A DNA stretch of 64,000 nt from a virus (taxonomy: Duplodnaviria > Caudoviricetes): positions 25,746 to 89,745 of IMG/VR virus record IMGVR_UViG_3300021399_000132; one strand, 5' to 3'. The number at the start of each line of letters is the position of its first letter. Position 1 is the stretch's first letter. The notes under the pieces were generated by a model that was not told where the DNA came from, did not search any database, and saw only the letters and a program-made list of their open reading frames with translations. The translations under genes and the position numbers were made by a program. Below, piece by piece: positions 58,615 through 64,000 of this stretch.

Positions 58615-59853
58615 CACTTGTTAACCTAAGAGCTTTTTATCTCTTAGCTCTTATACTTTCGTATAAGCTCAGCATATATCTTCACCCGCATTGGGCGGCG
58701 GACACTCGTGGCGATATTATTGCTCCCAAATCACGCTCAATCGCTATGCGTTACGATACCAACAGGTAATTGGTTATCTCGGTGTTGGCATATCTAAAGA
58801 CTTAGCGTTCACCGATATTGCCCGCTTTCTACTACGTATTGCTACGCAGCAAGGCCATAGAAATTTTCAAAGATCGAATACTTGCGATTTAGTTTAATCG
58901 CTTTTTTGTCTGCGTATAGATGTTTAAACAATGCGGCAACAGAATCCTTCCTGTAACACCTCAGTGTGTACTTTGGCATATACTGCCCGCGCTGTTCACG
59001 ATAAATTGAGGTATGTATTCCATAATCATCTAAAAGTTTAGATTGTATGTATTTAAGAACGCAATCGCTAGCACTTGCGATGCCGACGTCGAGGTACTTC
59101 CGTTGTTTTGTTACCCATCCGTCGCCATCAATATACCCGCGCAAAAAATCGAAGAATAGACTATCGTCTACAACCGGGAACCTGTCACTATGGCTCTTTC
59201 GCAGATCAATTCCATTAGCCATCAAATCAGTTACCATCTTCTTTGAATAAACGCGCAACACGCTCGAGTCAGTTTCTGATTCATTGCGGTTATTTGCGAT
59301 CAGTAGCTTGTTATGATACTGCTTAATTACATGTTGACCACCCAACGCATTGTTGAGCATGTGAAGAATATATTCATCACATCGTTGCAACTCCATCCCA
59401 AATTCATAACTCAGGCGGCTGTTTGGGTCACTGCTATCTCTCTTATGAACCGAAATCCAACCGTCTGCATAAATAAAACCGAGCCAATAAGCTCGGTCTG
59501 GTGTATTTATTTTCTCGAAATAATCTTCGTTGAATACACGTGTTTTTAAAACGCGATCCTTAATGTGGTTGCGAACCCAAGCCTCGACTTGTTTGCTTGT
59601 CAGCCCGAGATGCTCACCGATCTCCGGATAGGTCATAGTTTGGTAGTTGGCAATGATATATTTTGAAGCCTCATCGTCGAGATCCAGCCTCACACGCTTT
59701 CTCTTTGTAGGCCAACCACTTCGACGAACTAACATTTGCACAGAACTTTTATTTATTCCCAAATGTTCAGCAATCAAACTATATGGCTGCTCCATATAAT
59801 GATCTTTAATATATTCCTTTTGTTCCGTATTCATCTTTTATTTTTCCTGTTTA
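58615..59853 (-). mobile_element. group I intron in the terL Walker A motif, 1239 nt, LAGLIDADG ORF in the P1 loop
   Basis: CGUGGU pairs with GCCUUG; P10 UUUCUAUG/CUUGGAAA; P7 GCAUA/UAUGC; terminal G; restores CRG-LGKT. Confidence 0.9.
58842..59834 (-). CDS. intron-encoded two-motif LAGLIDADG endonuclease
   Basis: YWLGFIYADG and FLRGYIDGDG; two N-terminal HTH-like repeats. Confidence 0.88.
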   Translation of the reverse strand: MNTEQKEYIKDHYMEQPYSLIAEHLGINKSSVQMLVRRSGWPTKRKRVRLDLDDEASKYIIANYQTMTYPEIGEHLGLTSKQVEAWVRNHIKDRVLKTRVFNEDYFEKINTPDRAYWLGFIYADGWISVHKRDSSDPNSRLSYEFGMELQRCDEYILHMLNNALGGQHVIKQYHNKLLIANNRNESETDSSVLRVYSKKMVTDLMANGIDLRKSHSDRFPVVDDSLFFDFLRGYIDGDGWVTKQRKYLDVGIASASDCVLKYIQSKLLDDYGIHTSIYREQRGQYMPKYTLRCYRKDSVAALFKHLYADKKAIKLNRKYSIFENFYGLAA

Positions 59854-60027
59854 ACCACGACATGCTATAAATACCATCGTTGTGCTCCAGAACATCATCA
59901 CCAAGACAATGCGCTGGAATAAATGCAGTCGAACGTGTAAGTAGTCTTCGACAAACTTATCGACGTTCTCACGATAAAAAGCGCCCCATGCTGCGGCGCC
60001 GTTCAATACGTTCTCATATCTACTCAT
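59854..60027 (-). CDS. terL: terminase large subunit, exon 1
   Basis: Start reassigned to ATG 60027; LHLFQRIVL...FIACRG. Confidence 0.88.
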
Positions 60028-61039
60028 TCTCGGTAGCCCCCGCCGAAGACAGGATGTCTTCATCATCGTCGCCCTCGTACTCCGGCTTTTGCACAGAGTA
60101 CTTTGCGATAGCCTCATCGTATAAATCTGAGTACGCATTCTTGATGTCGAGCATCTTGCATAGATGCCCCATCCACGTAAATACATATTTACGAATATGA
60201 TTCACGTCCTTCAACTGTTCGTCCACCTCGGGCAGCGGTCGTTGATTCTCGTATTTATACAGCCAGACGCCGAGCGGTACCTCCGCCAAAGCCTGCGCCT
60301 CGTCAGTTTTCTGCTGTTGGGCAGGCTTTAAATTCGCCGAGCCCATCAGGCTATTCAATATCTGGATATCTTTTTCCGGTGATCGTCCATCTGCACGATC
60401 TCTGGCAATATCCAATTCAGTCAAGCAAATCTGCTTGACAAGCATCTCTGTAGCAATATCGAAAGTTCCGTCACCGCGCCACTCTTCATATCTCTTCTGG
60501 AGAGCTTCATATGATTCAGCGTCAAGTCCATCGCCCCAGAAATCGATCAATGCCTGATCAACTTCAATAGGGGGGTCTACGGGATCTGGCTCAGGTTCAG
60601 TAACAGGTTCCGGCTCTTCCAAACCAACCGGCTCCTGTTTCTCTTCGGCAATACCGAACTGCCACATTGTATTCTCTTTAATCAGTGTATCGTCGTAGCT
60701 CATTCCGTTGTAACGCTGTTGGCTGAGCTTCTGCAGGTACTGATCGATTAATGTTCTTGGAACAGATTTTGCGACAACAGACTGATATATTGCATCATCA
60801 TAGTATAGGTCTAATTTCCTACAGACCTGTCTAATCGCATCTTCTGGTTTGCGTGCTTGCTGGAAGTATTGAGTATACATTGCATCAACGCAATTTTTAC
60901 ATACGCTTAATGTACCAATACCCCTATACATGGCGGCATAACTTACAGCAAAGTTGCCTTTACGTTTTGGATATCGTGTGCCGCAACGCGTGCAGACAGC
61001 ACCTTCACCGTTGCTGACACTCGAGATATCAAGAGCCAT
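60020..61039 (-). CDS. putative terminase small subunit / zinc-finger protein
   Basis: CTRC...CKNC; directly upstream of terL. Confidence 0.55.
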   Translation of the reverse strand: MALDISSVSNGEGAVCTRCGTRYPKRKGNFAVSYAAMYRGIGTLSVCKNCVDAMYTQYFQQARKPEDAIRQVCRKLDLYYDDAIYQSVVAKSVPRTLIDQYLQKLSQQRYNGMSYDDTLIKENTMWQFGIAEEKQEPVGLEEPEPVTEPEPDPVDPPIEVDQALIDFWGDGLDAESYEALQKRYEEWRGDGTFDIATEMLVKQICLTELDIARDRADGRSPEKDIQILNSLMGSANLKPAQQQKTDEAQALAEVPLGVWLYKYENQRPLPEVDEQLKDVNHIRKYVFTWMGHLCKMLDIKNAYSDLYDEAIAKYSVQKPEYEGDDDEDILSSAGATENE

Positions 61040-61524
61040 TACTCTTCGCCGTCCTCATCTTCGTCATCATCTTCTTCTGCAAAACCAAGCGGGAGAGTGA
61101 TAGCACGCATATCTTCAACTGAAGTCCCATAGACGGCCGCGCTGTTCTTAAGATCAGCCCCAGGCACGAACTTCACTGTGTATCTGTCAGGAATATCAAT
61201 CATGCCATCGCTGTTGAAATCCCGAACAGAAATATGTTTCAGATGCCTCAGTTTAAATGAACCAAAGCCCTGCAAATTGATTTGCTCACCACGCTTAATC
61301 GCCTCACTGACAACGAACATGAAAGCTTCAATGACGGCGTCGACATCTTCTGCGTTGAAATGTACTCCGCGAGCCTGCTGAGTCACAGAAAACTTCTTCG
61401 CGTTGCCTTCGTCGTCAGAAATATAAAAGACATGCTTCTTTGACGGCATGTCCTTGCGAACATCGTTGCGCTTTAAAACAGCGGCAATGTCGCGTACTAA
61501 TCCATTCTTATTCATACCTTTCAC
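61039..61524 (-). CDS. HU/IHF-like DNA-binding protein
   Basis: GEQINLQGFGSFK...VKFVPG..LK. Confidence 0.85.
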   Translation of the reverse strand: MKGMNKNGLVRDIAAVLKRNDVRKDMPSKKHVFYISDDEGNAKKFSVTQQARGVHFNAEDVDAVIEAFMFVVSEAIKRGEQINLQGFGSFKLRHLKHISVRDFNSDGMIDIPDRYTVKFVPGADLKNSAAVYGTSVEDMRAITLPLGFAEEDDDEDEDGEE

Positions 61525-61533
61525 TCCTGAAAA

Positions 61534-62559
61534 TTAAATTTCATCAAACCCACGCTGCTTCGGTGCAGTAATTCCTTCGGCAGTAAAATACATGCCGAGC
61601 TCCTCGTCAGCGCCTAAATCGTTATATACAGAGACCATGGAGATATCTTCCCACCCTATGTACTGCTGAATAACAGAATCCGGGATGCCAGCCCGCTTAA
61701 ACCTCGAGACTGCCGCATGACGGAATGCATGCATGTAGACTGGAACATCGAGGTATCTGTTTATTGACTCTACCCAAGAGTTAACCCGCGGAACCCCCAT
61801 GTGCTCTTCGGGATTGTTTGAATCTGGGAACAGCCACTGGCTTTCAATACCTTTGCGCTTGCGGTCTTCCATCCAGTTGTCAAAATATGGTTTAAACTGT
61901 TTTGCAAGCGTAAAGCAATTGAGCATCTTACCATTGACTCCACGTCCCTTAGTTTTAATTGGGTCGCTTTTATACAAAGCGCCGTCACAGACAAGATGAT
62001 CATCTCCAAAATCAGAGACCTTAAATCTGATTAGCTCTGCTTTTCTTCTGCCGGAACAGTACGCCAAAGCAATCAAGCATGCTTTGTCATACTGCTTAGT
62101 TTCGGTTAGCTTATCAAGCAATGGGAGAATCTCATCGTCGCCGAGAACAGATTTCTCCCTGACTGGCTGATTGACCGGGCTCTCGATTTTGTTAATAATG
62201 TTACGGAACTGGGGGAACTCGTCGTCCATTACGTTTTCGATAAAGTTGCTCAGCGATGACAGCGCCGCCTTAAGTCTTCTGACTCGTGCCGGGCTGTTGC
62301 CGTTTGTATTTAGTAACCAATTCTGATATGCCACCACATTGCGCTTCGTCCATTCCACAAAGAACTTGTTTCCATTGAACTGCAAGTTCCAAACAAACGC
62401 GATATGGATGTCATACACATACTGTTCAATCGTCGCATTACTTCTCTGGAGAGATTTAAGATAATCGACGAACTCATTAAGTAACTGTATATTCTCGGAG
62501 TTGACCTGTGCTAACAACTCCGGTGTCACAATTTCATTGTGTCTTGTCTTTCTAGCCAC
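61534..62559 (-). CDS. second tyrosine recombinase (XerC/D-like)
   Basis: SGRRKAE, KTK, HAFRH, GW, VY; no arm-binding domain. Confidence 0.88.
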   Translation of the reverse strand: MARKTRHNEIVTPELLAQVNSENIQLLNEFVDYLKSLQRSNATIEQYVYDIHIAFVWNLQFNGNKFFVEWTKRNVVAYQNWLLNTNGNSPARVRRLKAALSSLSNFIENVMDDEFPQFRNIINKIESPVNQPVREKSVLGDDEILPLLDKLTETKQYDKACLIALAYCSGRRKAELIRFKVSDFGDDHLVCDGALYKSDPIKTKGRGVNGKMLNCFTLAKQFKPYFDNWMEDRKRKGIESQWLFPDSNNPEEHMGVPRVNSWVESINRYLDVPVYMHAFRHAAVSRFKRAGIPDSVIQQYIGWEDISMVSVYNDLGADEELGMYFTAEGITAPKQRGFDEI

Positions 62560-62581
62560 AGATACACCTCCGTTATTCTAA

Positions 62582-62656
62582 TGGTTGCAGGGGTTGGAAT
62601 TGAACCAACGGCCGCCGGGGTATGAACCCGGAAATCTACCACTGATATACCCTGCC
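62582..62656 (-). tRNA. tRNA-Met(CAU), initiator-like
   Basis: Full cloverleaf with CCA; three G-C pairs in the anticodon stem; unpaired 1:72 (G:A). Confidence 0.9.
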
Positions 62657-62659
62657 ATA

Positions 62660-62684
62660 TAAAAAGCAGACCAAAGTCTGCTTA
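62660..62684. terminator. terminator-like hairpin
   Basis: AAGCAGAC/GTCTGCTT with A-run before. Confidence 0.6.
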
Positions 62685-63911
62685 TTTAACTTCTATTCTA
62701 TATTCCGCGTCAACGCCATGAACTGGGTTGACAATTAACAGCAGCTGAGAAGGTGTGGAATACAATCTCTTCCCATTTGCATAGTCATCCGCCCCACAAA
62801 GAGAACCACAGATCATGGATGTTACCCCGAGCTCTTCAAAGCTCTCCCTGTGATGTTTATCTCCAAGGATGATATATTCTATATTCCTGCCAAACTGTTT
62901 ATTAAACAGCGTTGCAAGAAGCCTAGGGGCCTGCTTAACATTATCAAGATCGCCATGCGTTGCAGCAATGTCGTGTCCGGCAGCCGAGAAGACGACAAAC
63001 TCATTACCCATATCCTGCACAATCTCAATATCTGCATGATCGGAAAGCCTTTCTGTAACCCACCAAGGAATAAGTCTCTCCATATTATCACGATGAATAG
63101 ACTCATCTTTCTTTTGGACAGACCGGCCATGATTACCATATGTCATATAGACATACGTCTTATCTACGACCGTCGACAATTTACTGATTGTCTGTGCGAG
63201 AATCTCTGACACCTGCATAATTTGGTCACACGCTAATTCATCCGAGGCAACACGTGTTCCAACGTGGATGCACCCATTCACGAGATCGCCCAGGCACACA
63301 ATGTGTAGAGTAGAACAATTATGCAGTGCAATACGCTCTGCGGCACGCATAATAAGTTCCTTTACTCTCTTTTTACAGATATCTCTGTTATATACATTAA
63401 ATACATTGTCGGCGATCATTCCGTAATGCCAGTCGCTCAGGACGAGCACAGCCTCGTTGTTGCCATACTCTTCCAATGGAAGATCCGGCCCGAACAATGT
63501 ACCGACCGTCTCGTTCAAATTGTCAGCCGCAGTTCGCAACGTCTCGAACAGATGTTCCATACGACCTTCTTTATTGACAAGCTTATTGAACTCGCGCCTC
63601 TGATCACTAAACCGCTGGCGCTCCTTCTGAAGCTCAATCTGTTTCATGTCAATTTCATTCAGAATTTGACTGGACGCGCTCTCTGAAGCAATGCGTTCCA
63701 AATCTTCTTCCATTAACTTAAGCGTACGGGCAGAGCCATACGCCATCCTCCGCGCCACGTCCGGCGCATATGCTTTCCCATATAAATATGGCGACAATGT
63801 CGCGTAATCAAGGTCAAGCGTCTTGTCGACAAGCTTAGCGTTGATCAGTCTTTTGTGGTAGTCGAAGTCTGATTCACCATCGCGCCTGTCGAGCATTTTG
63901 TCTGTATCCAT
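62682..63911 (-). CDS. calcineurin-like metallophosphoesterase
   Basis: Start reassigned to ATG 63911; SDWHYG, GDLVNG, GNHG, HGD, GDKHH. Confidence 0.85.
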   Translation of the reverse strand: MDTDKMLDRRDGESDFDYHKRLINAKLVDKTLDLDYATLSPYLYGKAYAPDVARRMAYGSARTLKLMEEDLERIASESASSQILNEIDMKQIELQKERQRFSDQRREFNKLVNKEGRMEHLFETLRTAADNLNETVGTLFGPDLPLEEYGNNEAVLVLSDWHYGMIADNVFNVYNRDICKKRVKELIMRAAERIALHNCSTLHIVCLGDLVNGCIHVGTRVASDELACDQIMQVSEILAQTISKLSTVVDKTYVYMTYGNHGRSVQKKDESIHRDNMERLIPWWVTERLSDHADIEIVQDMGNEFVVFSAAGHDIAATHGDLDNVKQAPRLLATLFNKQFGRNIEYIILGDKHHRESFEELGVTSMICGSLCGADDYANGKRLYSTPSQLLLIVNPVHGVDAEYRIEVK

Positions 63912-64000
63912 TCGCTCAAATCTCCTTTGTCTCAAAACGCAAATAAAAATAGAGAGCGCCCAAGGAAGGAAGAACGCTCTCGGTCAAAGCTAATCTCTGG

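Noticed and set aside
58842-59834. Intein in terL
   Set aside because: The endonuclease is out of frame, preceded by a stop, lacks intein splice residues, and is followed by a group I core
25165-60027. Stop-codon reassignment as the cause of split genes
   Set aside because: The breaks are 280-1260-nt insertions with intron structure; all other genes have normal lengths under code 11

Overview
The whole window is part of one large temperate siphovirus-like phage, probably infecting an anaerobic Bacillota host (inferred from NrdDG and the cell-wall-binding repeats of the lysin). No host genes were recognised. Positions 1-7600 (+ strand) carry dUTPase, a Tn916-like excisionase, an array of small mosaic Cys-rich genes, a Tn916-like integrase and an intact attP. 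Positions 7900-64000 (- strand) carry the head, neck, tail, tail-fibre and lysis genes. The tail module is interrupted by about 12 kb holding nrdDG, an SGNH esterase, small genes, a structured non-coding cluster with a tRNA-like element, a five-gene low-complexity/Cys-rich module and RusA. The best-supported discovery is five group I self-splicing introns whose boundaries can be read to the nucleotide: terL, a putative head-closure gene, nrdD (two) and the tape measure gene. Each has a 5' exon ending in U, an internal guide sequence, a terminal G and a P7 helix that co-varies between the introns. Removing each intron restores a conserved reading frame. Three introns carry endonucleases (one two-motif LAGLIDADG, two GIY-YIG); two are ORF-less, about 280 nt. 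Less certain candidates are the five-gene module, several structured RNAs, and an 11-bp motif repeated at gene boundaries. All family assignments come from motif recognition by eye; no database search was run.
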